Of a DNA stretch of 64,000 nucleotides, positions 52,172 through 60,837 are shown piece by piece. How positions within the stretch are numbered: the first letter of the stretch is position 1; the number at the start of each line of letters is the position of its first letter. Source of the DNA: an uncultured Gammaproteobacteria bacterium (GTDB taxonomy: Bacteria > Patescibacteriota > Patescibacteriia > Patescibacteriales > UBA12465); contig CAZTUJ010000001.1 of NCBI GenBank assembly GCA_964616855.1, positions 524,784 to 588,783 on the forward strand. Direction: 5' to 3'. The notes under the pieces are model-generated. The model was given only the letters and a program-made list of their open reading frames with translations. It made no database searches and was not told where the DNA came from. The position numbers were made by a program, and so were the translations under genes.

Positions 52172-53422
52172 TTAATAGGAATGGTCGCAGAGGCCGTCTT
52201 GATTATTATCAACATATAAACCGCAATCTCCCGGAAATTCACAATCTTTAGTCCGGGAAGGACAATCGGCTTGGCTGGCGTTAGGATCGTAATTGCTGAC
52301 TACTTGCCGAAAATCTTCCGTCTCTAAAATAAGCCCGTCTTTATTATATAAATTATAAGTCGGGCCAATATCTTTAAGCTTCAACGAAATATCAACCTTT
52401 AAAGGTAAAGATAACTTTTTCTGAAACTCAGCTAAAGGCACTCCCGTAACCTCAATTAAATAGGCTAAAGTATTACTCCCTCTGATATCGGCGACATTGA
52501 TTTCACCCTGGACATTAACAATATTTGATTCTGGCTTTGTCTGCCAAAAAGGGGTGAAGGGGGCAATAATCAAGGGCAGGGCCACTAATAATACCACCAA
52601 CCAAGAAAAAAGCCTTTTGGAAATAGGATGACCAAAAATGTAGAAACTAAGGCTATCTTTGGGGCAATCACTAATACAACGGCCACAACTAATACAGTCA
52701 GCATCCTTAATTTCTTTAGCCGTCGCAATCTGTAAATTAGCGGGACATTGACGGTCACACAAGGAACAACTAATACAAGAAGATTCTTCCCTTTTGATTT
52801 TTAAAAACCCTATCTTTTTAAAGATAGCGAAAAAAGCACCTAAAGGACAAAGATAGCGGCACCACCAGCTCTTGGAAAATAAAGCACTTATTAAAAAAAT
52901 AAAAAGTAAAAGGTAGGCAACAATTTTTTCTTCAAATTCAAGACCTAAATGCATCAAAGCTGAATAAGGGTCATAGTTACGAAAAATTAAATCTCCTAAA
53001 TAAAAAGAAAAATAAACGACGATGATTAAAACAAGATATTTTAAATAACGCAGATACTTATCCACCCCTGCCGGCAATTCCCAATCTTTTCTAAAGCCCA
53101 GCTTCTTTCCTAAAAAACGTAACCATTCTTGCAGGGCTCCGAAAGGACAAAAATATCCACAAAACACTCGACCAAAAAATAAAGTGGCCACTAAAAAGAT
53201 GCCCATTAAAATAAAGGAGCTGGTAAAAATACGTTTCAAAAACTCACCTTTAAAAATTAAAGTAAAAAAACTCTCCACCGCTCCAAATGGACAATAGGCG
53301 TCAACGGGAGCAGCTTTTTCAATGCCCAATTTTTGATGGATGATGGCTAGAGTAAAAACAGTAACGACAATAGAGAGTTGAACAAAAAACCTTAAAGAGA
53401 ATTTAAACGGCATTTTTTTCAT
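52172..53422 (-). CDS. Polytopic 4Fe-4S ferredoxin-type membrane protein (NapH/MauN-like)
   Basis: 416 aa. Repeated CxxFCPxGA TM-adjacent motifs, two CxxCxxCxxxCP clusters and a Cys-rich C-terminal soluble domain. Confidence 0.75.
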   Translation of the reverse strand: MKKMPFKFSLRFFVQLSIVVTVFTLAIIHQKLGIEKAAPVDAYCPFGAVESFFTLIFKGEFLKRIFTSSFILMGIFLVATLFFGRVFCGYFCPFGALQEWLRFLGKKLGFRKDWELPAGVDKYLRYLKYLVLIIVVYFSFYLGDLIFRNYDPYSALMHLGLEFEEKIVAYLLLFIFLISALFSKSWWCRYLCPLGAFFAIFKKIGFLKIKREESSCISCSLCDRQCPANLQIATAKEIKDADCISCGRCISDCPKDSLSFYIFGHPISKRLFSWLVVLLVALPLIIAPFTPFWQTKPESNIVNVQGEINVADIRGSNTLAYLIEVTGVPLAEFQKKLSLPLKVDISLKLKDIGPTYNLYNKDGLILETEDFRQVVSNYDPNASQADCPSRTKDCEFPGDCGLYVDNNQDGLCDHSY

Positions 53423-53509
53423 AAAAATAAAAAAGATTACAACTTATTTATAAATCTAGGAATACTCTTTTATCATAGCAAAAAAGGGGCGAAAACTACA
53501 GTAAGCCCC

Positions 53510-54265
53510 CTAAGCCTCAAACTCACAGATTAGGGGTAAGTGGTCGGAGACATCCACGTCTGGGCAAGAAGATTTAAGCACCTTGATGTCCGGGCTGGCA
53601 AAGATAAAGTCCACGGCAAAGTCAGCAAACTTCGGATTCTGCTTCTGGCGGAGATTGAAAGTGCTAGAAAGTCGCCCGGAAAAAACATTAACGAGTTGAG
53701 CTTCAATATTGGCAATCGTTTTGGTGCCGGGGACAACATTTAAATCCCCACCTAAAATCACTCTTTCTCGACCCTTAACTTGTTTAACGATAGTTTGGCT
53801 CATCTGCAGTCGACGCTCACTGTCTTCATCATTGCAAGCCCAGATACCCTGAGTATTGAAAATCTGATAGCTCTGATTATCAATCAACACCGAAGCCCGC
53901 TGGAGATTACGGGGGCTAAGAGTATGATCAGCACTCACATCCTCATAGTGAGGCACACTAGTAAAAGGCTGATCAAAAAAGATGGTCTCCGTTTCTTGAA
54001 AAGGAAAGCGAGACAAGATGGCGTTACCAAATTCCACGCCCGCCCCCGGAAAGAAGCCGGCCGGAGAAAAAAAGACGAAAGGCAGAGATAGAGCCTTCTG
54101 AATAAGAGCTAAGGAACGGAAGCGCTCTTCTAAAGCTAAATCAGTACCGCTATAGGCTTCCTGTAAAATTAAAATATCCGGCTCTTCCTGCCGGAGAAAG
54201 TCGAGGATATTGGGCAATAATTTGCCGCCCAACCAGAGATTGAGGGAAACTAATTTGAAAGACAT
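53510..54265 (-). CDS. Endonuclease/exonuclease/phosphatase (EEP) family protein
   Basis: 251 aa. N-terminal LNLW..., LILQE, GDLN and a C-terminal SDHLP motif. Confidence 0.85.
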   Translation of the reverse strand: MSFKLVSLNLWLGGKLLPNILDFLRQEEPDILILQEAYSGTDLALEERFRSLALIQKALSLPFVFFSPAGFFPGAGVEFGNAILSRFPFQETETIFFDQPFTSVPHYEDVSADHTLSPRNLQRASVLIDNQSYQIFNTQGIWACNDEDSERRLQMSQTIVKQVKGRERVILGGDLNVVPGTKTIANIEAQLVNVFSGRLSSTFNLRQKQNPKFADFAVDFIFASPDIKVLKSSCPDVDVSDHLPLICEFEA

Positions 54266-54308
54266 AAAAGGATAATTATAAAATCCATACTAGCAGATAT
54301 GAGCTAAA

Positions 54309-54340
54309 TTGACAAAAATAAAAATATTTGTGATATTATA
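54309..54340 (+). promoter_or_regulatory. Promoter of PurN-like gene 1 (copy A of a duplicated 32-bp element)
   Basis: TTGACA (54309..54314), 17-nt spacer ending in TGT, then GATATT (extended -10). 31/32 identical to 55105..55136. Confidence 0.55.
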
Positions 54341-54379
54341 AAGCTCACTAAAGACGCACCTTCAAAAACAGCAAGAACA

Positions 54380-55039
54380 ATGAAAAAAAGAATCTTAGTC
54401 TTTGCTTCCGGCGATAAGATCGGCGGGGGCTCTGGTTTCCAGGAAATGGTCGAAAGATCAAGAACAAAGCCGGCAATCTTAGATGCCGAAATTGTGGCCG
54501 TAGTCTGCAATTATGAACACGGCGGTGTTTGGGAAAGAGCTCATCAGCTCGAAGTACCCTTCATCTACTTCCCCGGCCCCTATACGGCTGAAACCTACCA
54601 AAAAATCTTTGAAGAAAGTAAGGCCGACTACGTAATGTGCTCAGGCTGGAAAAAAAAGGTTTTCGGTTTAAAGGAAAATTTAACCATTAATATTCATCCC
54701 GGTCCCTTGCCCCGCTTCGGTGGTAAAGGCATGTACGGACGCAATGTCCACGAAGCCGTAATCAAAGCCTATCGCCGGGGAGAAATCCAACAGAGTGCCG
54801 TTTGCATCCACTTCGTTAACCCAGATTATGATAAAGGGGCGGGCATCGTGCAGATACCGGTTACCATCAGGCACAATGACAGCGCCGAGACTTTAGCGGA
54901 GAGAGTGCTGAAGGTAGAGCATATCTACCAGAGCATCATCTTAAACGAAATCGTGCACAGAAGAATTATCCTCAACAAGTTGGGAAACGTTCTCTTTGAA
55001 AACGAAGAACTCTTCCGCTTCGCCTTCACTAACGAATAG
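54380..55039 (+). CDS. PurN-like formyltransferase (catalytic residues retained)
   Basis: 219 aa. ILVFASGDKIGGGSGFQ (GAR-loop-like), INIHPGPLPRFGG (N-x-H motif) and HFVNPDYDKGAGIVQ (Asp retained). Confidence 0.7.
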   Translation: MKKRILVFASGDKIGGGSGFQEMVERSRTKPAILDAEIVAVVCNYEHGGVWERAHQLEVPFIYFPGPYTAETYQKIFEESKADYVMCSGWKKKVFGLKENLTINIHPGPLPRFGGKGMYGRNVHEAVIKAYRRGEIQQSAVCIHFVNPDYDKGAGIVQIPVTIRHNDSAETLAERVLKVEHIYQSIILNEIVHRRIILNKLGNVLFENEELFRFAFTNE

Positions 55040-55054
55040 CAAAGATTAAGATTC

Positions 55055-55086
55055 AAAAAGGCAGTAATACACTGCCTTTTTGTTTT
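55055..55086 (+). terminator. Terminator of PurN-like gene 1
   Basis: AAAAAGGCAG-7 nt-CUGCCUUUUUGUUUU. Confidence 0.75.
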
Positions 55087-55104
55087 GGCTGATTTTTATG
55101 ATAA

Positions 55105-55136
55105 TTGACAAAGATAAAAATATTTGTGATATTATA
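55105..55136 (+). promoter_or_regulatory. Promoter of PurN-like gene 2 (copy B)
   Basis: Same TTGACA-N17-GATATT element, 31/32 identical to copy A. Confidence 0.55.
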
Positions 55137-55173
55137 ATTCCAGTAAATAGCACCTTCTAAACTTAATATTATC

Positions 55174-55821
55174 ATGAAAAAAAGAATCCTGATTTTTAGC
55201 GCCGATACTAAAATCGGCAGTGAATGCTTTGAAAGCATCGTTGAGGCCACCAAAACTAATCCGCCGGTATTAAAAGCGGAAATTGGCGGCATTGTCTCTG
55301 CCACGGCTAACGGCTGTATCCAGAAAAAGGCCGAACGCCTAAAAATACCCTTTATCTACTTCCCCGGCCCCTATACGGCTGAAAGCTACCAACAAATTTT
55401 TGAAGACAGCCAGGCCAACTACGCTATTTCCACAGGCTGGACCAAAAAGATTATCGGTATTGAAGACAACCTTGCCATCAACACCACCCTCGGGCCGCTG
55501 CCTGATTGCGCCGGCCAATATGGCAAAAAAATGCAAAGAAACATCATCACCATGTGGCGCCAGAAAAAAATCAAACAGAGCGCCATCTCTATTCACTTTA
55601 TTAACAAGGACTACAACAAGGGGGCGGGTATTATCCAAATCCCAGTATCCATCAGACCAGATGACACTGAAGACACGCTGCTGATAAGAGCAGCTAAAAC
55701 CTCCCATTACTATCAAATTGCGGTCATGAACGAAATCATAAAAGGCCGGATTTATTTAGTGAATGAACATCACACCTTCATCCACAATAAAGAATTAGGA
55801 CGGTTCGCTTTTCATGGATAA
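55174..55821 (+). CDS. PurN-like paralog lacking the catalytic His/Asp (probable pseudoenzyme)
   Basis: 215 aa, clearly alignable to gene 1 over its full length. It has INTTLGPLPDCAG instead of INIHPGPLP, DYNKGAG instead of DYDKGAG, and a degenerate G-rich loop (FSADTKIGSECFES). Confidence 0.65.
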   Translation: MKKRILIFSADTKIGSECFESIVEATKTNPPVLKAEIGGIVSATANGCIQKKAERLKIPFIYFPGPYTAESYQQIFEDSQANYAISTGWTKKIIGIEDNLAINTTLGPLPDCAGQYGKKMQRNIITMWRQKKIKQSAISIHFINKDYNKGAGIIQIPVSIRPDDTEDTLLIRAAKTSHYYQIAVMNEIIKGRIYLVNEHHTFIHNKELGRFAFHG

Positions 55822-55837
55822 AAGAACTAAAACAAAG

Positions 55838-55866
55838 AAAAAAGGCAGCCACAGGACTGCCTTTTT
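55838..55866. terminator. Bidirectional terminator (PurN-like gene 2 / PEP-mobile-domain gene)
   Basis: AAAAAAGGCAG-8 nt-CUGCCUUUUU. The stem sequence resembles the terminator at 55055..55086. Confidence 0.7.
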
Positions 55867-55887
55867 ACTTTGTCTATTTATAGAAAA

Positions 55888-57177
55888 TCAATTTAAGATT
55901 TTTATAATCCCTTGATCAGCATCAACTTCCACCTCGTCACCGTCTTTTAAGACCTTAGTAGCAATCTTGGTGCCAATAATACAGGGGGTGCTTATTTCCC
56001 TCGCCACTACCGCCGCATGGCACAAGAGCCCGCCGATATCAGTTACAATTGCCCTAGCATTTTTCATTAAAAACAAAAAATCGGGAGTGGTCATGGTCGA
56101 TACCAAAATATTTCCTTTTTTAAACTTATCAAAATCTTTTAAAGAGGCGATAATACTCACCTTGCCGCGAACACATCCTGGGAAAGCCGTGGTACCTTTA
56201 ATTTCGGCTTGACCGCGACCAGGTGTCGGAGCAAACAAGTCGGCTATTTTTTTAATTAACTTTCTATCAGTAATAAAATGAGCCAAATTATTATGCCGCA
56301 TTAATAACCAATTACTTTTAATCGCTTTATAGCCCCCTTCTTTTTTTAACATGCCACCAATAACATCAGCGGGTGCCTGCAGCATCATCTCATATGTTAT
56401 TCCAATCTTTTTACACACTTTCTTTAATAAAGGATAGTGTAAATAAGTACACTTAGAAAAATATTCAGAGCTAGCCTGCTTAGTATAGCCCATCAGGGCG
56501 AATAACTTTAAAAACTCTTTGATCTCTTGAGGTAATTTATTATATTCTGACTTTCTGGCACCAGTGCTTTTCGAAATATCTTTTAAATCCTGTATAGTGA
56601 CCGGGGTAACAATAAAATTAGCGGTTTTAATCCAGGCATATTCACTCCTGATATCTTTAAGGCTGGATGAATGATGTAATTTTTTCTCTAAGGCAAATAA
56701 AGGTGTCTTTATTTTAGGCACCGCCTGCATATATCTCACACTTTCTTCCTTAGAAAATCTTTCCTTCCAAACCAATTCAAAGGCCTCGTTAATAAATACC
56801 GCCACCACCCACAGAGACATAATTCTTTTAGCTCTGACTAAAAACTGCTCATAGGCATTTACCAAATTAGTATCAGTTACCACCCGAGAATTATCCTCTA
56901 ATATCTTTTTCACTTTCTTATTCCAACTATTCCAAAAATCAATATTATTAGCCACAATCCATCTTTTCATTTTCTGTGTCTCTTTATCATTAACAATAAC
57001 ATAGCCGTTATTAAAAAATACGATCGCGTCCTCTTTAATTGGCACCCGCAGAGTATTAAACAATTCCTCATCAAACCAGTCAATCCAAAAAGACGCAGAA
57101 AAAATATCCTGAGGCCAAAAACCTAAAAAATACCAATCTTTTTTATTTATTTTTAGCAAGGCTTCTTTGGCGTTCAT
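55888..57177 (-). CDS. Protein with a C-terminal PEP-utilizing-enzyme mobile (phosphohistidine swivel) domain and an unassigned N-terminal region
   Basis: 429 aa. The last ~90 aa (GKVSIIASLKDFDKFKKGNILVSTMTTPDFLFLMKNARAIVTDIGGLLCHAAVVAREISTPCIIG) are a swivel domain with the conserved His. I did not recognise the first ~330 aa. Confidence 0.65.
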   Translation of the reverse strand: MNAKEALLKINKKDWYFLGFWPQDIFSASFWIDWFDEELFNTLRVPIKEDAIVFFNNGYVIVNDKETQKMKRWIVANNIDFWNSWNKKVKKILEDNSRVVTDTNLVNAYEQFLVRAKRIMSLWVVAVFINEAFELVWKERFSKEESVRYMQAVPKIKTPLFALEKKLHHSSSLKDIRSEYAWIKTANFIVTPVTIQDLKDISKSTGARKSEYNKLPQEIKEFLKLFALMGYTKQASSEYFSKCTYLHYPLLKKVCKKIGITYEMMLQAPADVIGGMLKKEGGYKAIKSNWLLMRHNNLAHFITDRKLIKKIADLFAPTPGRGQAEIKGTTAFPGCVRGKVSIIASLKDFDKFKKGNILVSTMTTPDFLFLMKNARAIVTDIGGLLCHAAVVAREISTPCIIGTKIATKVLKDGDEVEVDADQGIIKILN

Positions 57178-57236
57178 AGATTTAGACCAACATGAATAAA
57201 GAGATTATAAAAGATAATTTGAATTAGCTCTGGATG

Positions 57237-58193
57237 CTACCAGCAAGTATTTACCTCTGCACCAATCTTATCCATTAAATATTCCTCAACTTCATAAATT
57301 CCACCGATTCTGTCTATCAAACCATTATCTAAAGCCATTTGCGCGGGCATTGAGGCTCCATCCGCTAAAGCTCTTACTTTATTTATATCTAAGTTGCGAT
57401 CATTAGCAACAGTTTTAATAAAGTTTTCATTAACAATATTTATATCTCTCATTAATAAAGCTCTTTCCTCCTCCGTTAACTCTTTATTAGGATTAGTATA
57501 ATCTTTAAATTTACCAGTACTTAATGAGTTATAGGTTAGACCATCCTCATTGTTCTTGGCGGAATTATCTAAATAGGACATGGTTACACCAATACTACCA
57601 ATATCTGAAGAAGGAGAAGCAAAAATAATATCACCCCCAACAGCGGACCAATAAGCAGCCGAGTTAGCGGCTGAGCGCACCATCACCACGACCGGCTTAG
57701 TAACTTTGTGAAGGGCTTTATTAACTTCTTCAGCGGCAACAGGTGTTCCTCCGTAAGAATCAACTTCTAAAATAACGGCTTTAATAGCATCATCCGATTC
57801 CGCCTCATTGAGGGCATAAATTATATATTCGGAAGCGGTCTCATCAATTAATGACAGGCCTTCTGTATTTTCGTTCTCAGGAACAATATAAGTAACTAAA
57901 TCACCATGCAATTCAATACCGCTCACATTGCAAATATCTTCATCCATATTACTTTCGTCTAAAATTTCCTCATCCGAATATTCTTCGTCGGTAGACCAGT
58001 AACCGACACCAAACTGATATTCATATTCATCCTTAACAATAATGAAAGCTCCTAAAAAAATAATCAGAAAGGCTAGGCCTCTGATTACTTTTTTAAATGA
58101 CAGCTTCTTCCATTTTTTTGGATTAAACCTTGAATAATTAATCTTAAATTTAGCAACTTTAAAAAATAATATCTTTTTTATAAGATTGTTCAT
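57237..58193 (-). CDS. sppA: Signal peptide peptidase SppA (S49 family), membrane-anchored
   Basis: 318 aa. N-terminal TM, ClpP/crotonase fold with SYGGTPVAAEE and SAAYW motifs, and SIGV. Confidence 0.8.
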   Translation of the reverse strand: MNNLIKKILFFKVAKFKINYSRFNPKKWKKLSFKKVIRGLAFLIIFLGAFIIVKDEYEYQFGVGYWSTDEEYSDEEILDESNMDEDICNVSGIELHGDLVTYIVPENENTEGLSLIDETASEYIIYALNEAESDDAIKAVILEVDSYGGTPVAAEEVNKALHKVTKPVVVMVRSAANSAAYWSAVGGDIIFASPSSDIGSIGVTMSYLDNSAKNNEDGLTYNSLSTGKFKDYTNPNKELTEEERALLMRDINIVNENFIKTVANDRNLDINKVRALADGASMPAQMALDNGLIDRIGGIYEVEEYLMDKIGAEVNTCW

Positions 58194-58318
58194 AAGATTA
58201 TTATAAAAATGTTATCATACTCATAATCCCATAATTTTGCTAAAAAGTCAAAAAAAGCCCAATAATTAGGCTTTTTTACGACTTTATTTACTTATGCTTC
58301 GCTTATTGTCAATTTACT

Positions 58319-58346
58319 AAAAAAGACCCATCTCTGGGTCTTTTTT
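58319..58346. terminator. Bidirectional hairpin terminator downstream of tRNA-Trp
   Basis: AAAAAAGACCCA-UCUC-UGGGUCUUUUUU. Confidence 0.7.
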
Positions 58347-58361
58347 AGTAATTCTATATTG

Positions 58362-58432
58362 CACGGGATGAGGGAATCGAACCCCCGCCGATTGATTTGG
58401 AATCAAGCATGCTGCCACTACACCAATCCCGC
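58362..58432 (-). tRNA. tRNA-Trp (anticodon CCA)
   Basis: Minus strand: GCGGGAT...TTGA-TTCCAAA-TCAA...GGTTCGATTCCC...ATCCCGTG, with a G1-U72 wobble. CCA is not encoded. Promoter TTGTCA (58513..58508)-17 nt-TAGAAT (58490..58485), followed by a leader of about 50 nt. Confidence 0.85.
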
Positions 58433-58535
58433 AATTCTTAGCTCAATCTTCCCCCAAGTAAGCGAGAAGAAAAGCTCTTTTAGTATTCTACTATCTCTCT
58501 TCTAAATTGACAAGCTAGGCGCTCCTAAAGCATAA

Positions 58536-58554
58536 ACCCTCCGCTGCGGAGGGT
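58536..58554 (-). terminator. Hairpin after the rubrerythrin-desulforedoxin pair
   Basis: ACCCUCCG-CAG-CGGAGGGU (8-bp GC-rich stem) followed by a U-rich tract (UUAUGCUUU). Confidence 0.55.
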
Positions 58555-58583
58555 CTAGCAAGCACCTTTTTGCCATTTTCAAG

Positions 58584-58724
58584 CTACTCCTCCCGATCAA
58601 AACCTTCTTTCTTAATCTGCATCTCTTGGCCACAGCAAATAATCTTGCCCCCACCATCTTTCACAAATTTCACTTCATTACCGCAGATGCGGCAATAGTA
58701 ATTTCGGTCGACACGATCACTCAT
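58584..58724 (-). CDS. Desulforedoxin-like small Fe(Cys)4 protein
   Basis: Below the ORF-track cutoff. My translation: MSDRVDRNYYCRICGNEVKFVKDGGGKIICCGQEMQIKKEGFDREE (46 aa). It has the C-x2-C ... CC-G desulforedoxin motif and starts 7 nt after the rubrerythrin stop. Confidence 0.8.
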   Translation of the reverse strand: MSDRVDRNYYCRICGNEVKFVKDGGGKIICCGQEMQIKKEGFDREE

Positions 58725-58731
58725 ATGTTTA

Positions 58732-59262
58732 TTAATAAGTTTCTACAAAGACCTCAAAATGAGCTTGAGGATGCTGGCAGGAAGGACATTTCTCCGGCGC
58801 TTCTGTGCCCTCATGGATATAGCCGCAATTATTACACTTCCAACGCTTCACTTCTGTCTTCTTGAACACTTCCCCTTTTTCCATATTCTCCTGTAGTTTC
58901 TGGTAGCGGGCGGCGTGAGCTTGTTCGGCCTTAGCCACATTACGGAAAAGCATCGCAATTTCATGATGGCCTTCAGCCGTTGCTTCCTCGGCCATGCGCG
59001 GATACATCTCCGAATGCTCATAGGTCTCGCCTTTGACCGCCTCCATCAAGTTTTTAATGGTGTCTTCGCTGATAAGTTCCAATTGCTTAGCCCAGAGCTT
59101 AGCGTGCTCCTTTTCATTTAAAGCACTTTCTTCAAAGATATTGGCAATCTGGACATAGCCAGCTTTACGGGCAACAGAGGCAAAATAGTCATACTTATTG
59201 CGGGCCATGGATTCACCGGCAAAAGCTTCTGCTAAATTCTTCTTAGTTTTTTCTCCCAACAT
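58732..59262 (-). CDS. rbr: Rubrerythrin
   Basis: 176 aa. Di-iron four-helix bundle (E-x-x-H motifs: EKEHAKLW, GETYEHSEMY) plus a C-terminal rubredoxin-like C-x2-C...C-x2-C (WKCNNCGY...EKCPSCQ). Confidence 0.95.
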   Translation of the reverse strand: MLGEKTKKNLAEAFAGESMARNKYDYFASVARKAGYVQIANIFEESALNEKEHAKLWAKQLELISEDTIKNLMEAVKGETYEHSEMYPRMAEEATAEGHHEIAMLFRNVAKAEQAHAARYQKLQENMEKGEVFKKTEVKRWKCNNCGYIHEGTEAPEKCPSCQHPQAHFEVFVETY

Positions 59263-59279
59263 ATAATTATATTGATTAT

Positions 59280-60467
59280 CTATAGACCCGAGCGGCGCCC
59301 AAAGTTCTTTAAGGTCGCTTTATGTCTTTTCTTCTCTGCCACCGCCTCTTCTTCCCTTTCTTCCTTCACTTTCTTCTCGGCCAACTTGATTTCCCGACTA
59401 TCGGTAGAACAACCGCCGTCTAAAGACTCACAGAACTCCAACTCATAGATATGGAAGATGGTAACAGCGATAGCGACGACTAAAGGACCAAGGACCACTC
59501 CCCAGAAACCGAAAAGGGCAATACCGCCTAGGATGGAAAAGACAACGAAGATGGGATTGACCTGCGCCTTACCTTTAATCATATAGGCCCGGATGATGTT
59601 ATCAACATTGCCAATAATCACCGCTCCCCACAGGAGCACGAAGACTCCCTGCCAAATTTTACCCACCATCAAATAATATAGTCCGACCGGGACATAGAAA
59701 ATCATGGAACCGAGATAGGGTAGGAGGGAAAGCAAAGCCACCACCACGCCGGCTAAGAAAGCGGGAAAGCCAACAATAGCAAAACCAATCGCCCCAATCA
59801 CACCTTGAGCACCAGCAGTGACAAAGGTGGAAAGAATGGTGGTATAGCTAACGGTGCGGAACTTCTGGAAAATTTCTCGGTCATAGGCATTGGGCAAGGG
59901 GGAAAGATACATCAAGCGCTCCATCATCTTCTTACCGTCAACGAAGAAGAAAAACATGGTGACAATAATAATGAATAAGGAAACGACGAAACTAGTCGTG
60001 CCCTTCACTAAAATCGTTGCCCCAGACAACAGCCAGTTGCTAGATTTCTTTAAGACATCTAAGAAAACATTCTTGAAAGCCTCGTTGTCATAATACTGAG
60101 TGATGTCCATCACCCCAAAGAGTTTATCCGGCAAAGCACTGGGCTGAAGAACGCCGTCAACACTGTGGTCGTTAAAGAAATTAACTGCCTGGGCATAGGC
60201 GTCAACCGACTGCTGACCGGCGTAGATAACTAGACGCACGGTCGGGATGATAATAATCAGCACCAAAAAAAGACACATTAAAAGAGCGGCCAGGTTCTGG
60301 CGCCCTTTTAAGAATTTGGTCAGTTTAAGATAAGGAGTGTAGAAGATGGAAACCAAGATGGCCGCCACCAAAATATCCGTGAGGAAGGGTTTGAAAACAA
60401 AATAACAACCGATAATCACTAATCCAATAAGCAGGATTAGGAAAGGCTTGGTCAGGCTTTTAGTCAT
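59280..60467 (-). CDS. AI-2E family transporter (PerM/YhhT-like permease)
   Basis: Polytopic, with a characteristic C-terminal half (LLPYLGSMIFYVPVGLYYL...NPIFVVFSILGG...FGFWGVVLGP). Start set at ATG (MTKSL, 60467); the track's form starts at TTG 60491. Confidence 0.8.
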   Translation of the reverse strand: MTKSLTKPFLILLIGLVIIGCYFVFKPFLTDILVAAILVSIFYTPYLKLTKFLKGRQNLAALLMCLFLVLIIIIPTVRLVIYAGQQSVDAYAQAVNFFNDHSVDGVLQPSALPDKLFGVMDITQYYDNEAFKNVFLDVLKKSSNWLLSGATILVKGTTSFVVSLFIIIVTMFFFFVDGKKMMERLMYLSPLPNAYDREIFQKFRTVSYTTILSTFVTAGAQGVIGAIGFAIVGFPAFLAGVVVALLSLLPYLGSMIFYVPVGLYYLMVGKIWQGVFVLLWGAVIIGNVDNIIRAYMIKGKAQVNPIFVVFSILGGIALFGFWGVVLGPLVVAIAVTIFHIYELEFCESLDGGCSTDSREIKLAEKKVKEEREEEAVAEKKRHKATLKNFGRRSGL

Positions 60468-60549
60468 AATTGCATGGGGTGGCCGTGACAAGCGGCCGAT
60501 TAAAAACTAAAGCTTATAAAAACCGGACCGCAAAGGCGGCCGGTATAAT

Positions 60550-60705
60550 TTATTTCGTTTCTTTATGGAGAGTATGCTTCTTGCAGGTGTTGCAATACTT
60601 CTTCATTTCCAACCTTTCCTTCAAGACTTTCTTATTCTTGTGAGAAAAATAGTTGACGGTTTTGCACTCAGTGCATTCCAACTTGATCATGTTGTCCTGG
60701 GACAT
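60550..60705 (-). CDS. rpmG: 50S ribosomal protein L33
   Basis: Below the ORF-track cutoff. My translation: [51 protein letters not shown] (51 aa), the L33 zinc-ribbon pattern C-x2-C...C-x2-C...HKE.K. The plus-strand ORF 60565..60747 is its shadow. Confidence 0.9.
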   Translation of the reverse strand: MSQDNMIKLECTECKTVNYFSHKNKKVLKERLEMKKYCNTCKKHTLHKETK

Positions 60706-60837
60706 AAAAATCACAAACGACCAAGACGCGATTCCCTAAAAGCTTGAACACGCGCCAGTCGTACAATTTTACAAATTTATTACTCTAATACAATAAATAA
60801 AAATCAGACAAAAGTCAAATATTACGGCTAAGATTTC

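Noticed and set aside
60565-60747. A 60-aa plus-strand ORF listed in the track.
   Set aside because: It is the mirror frame of the minus-strand ribosomal protein L33 gene (60550..60705), which has an unmistakable L33 sequence.
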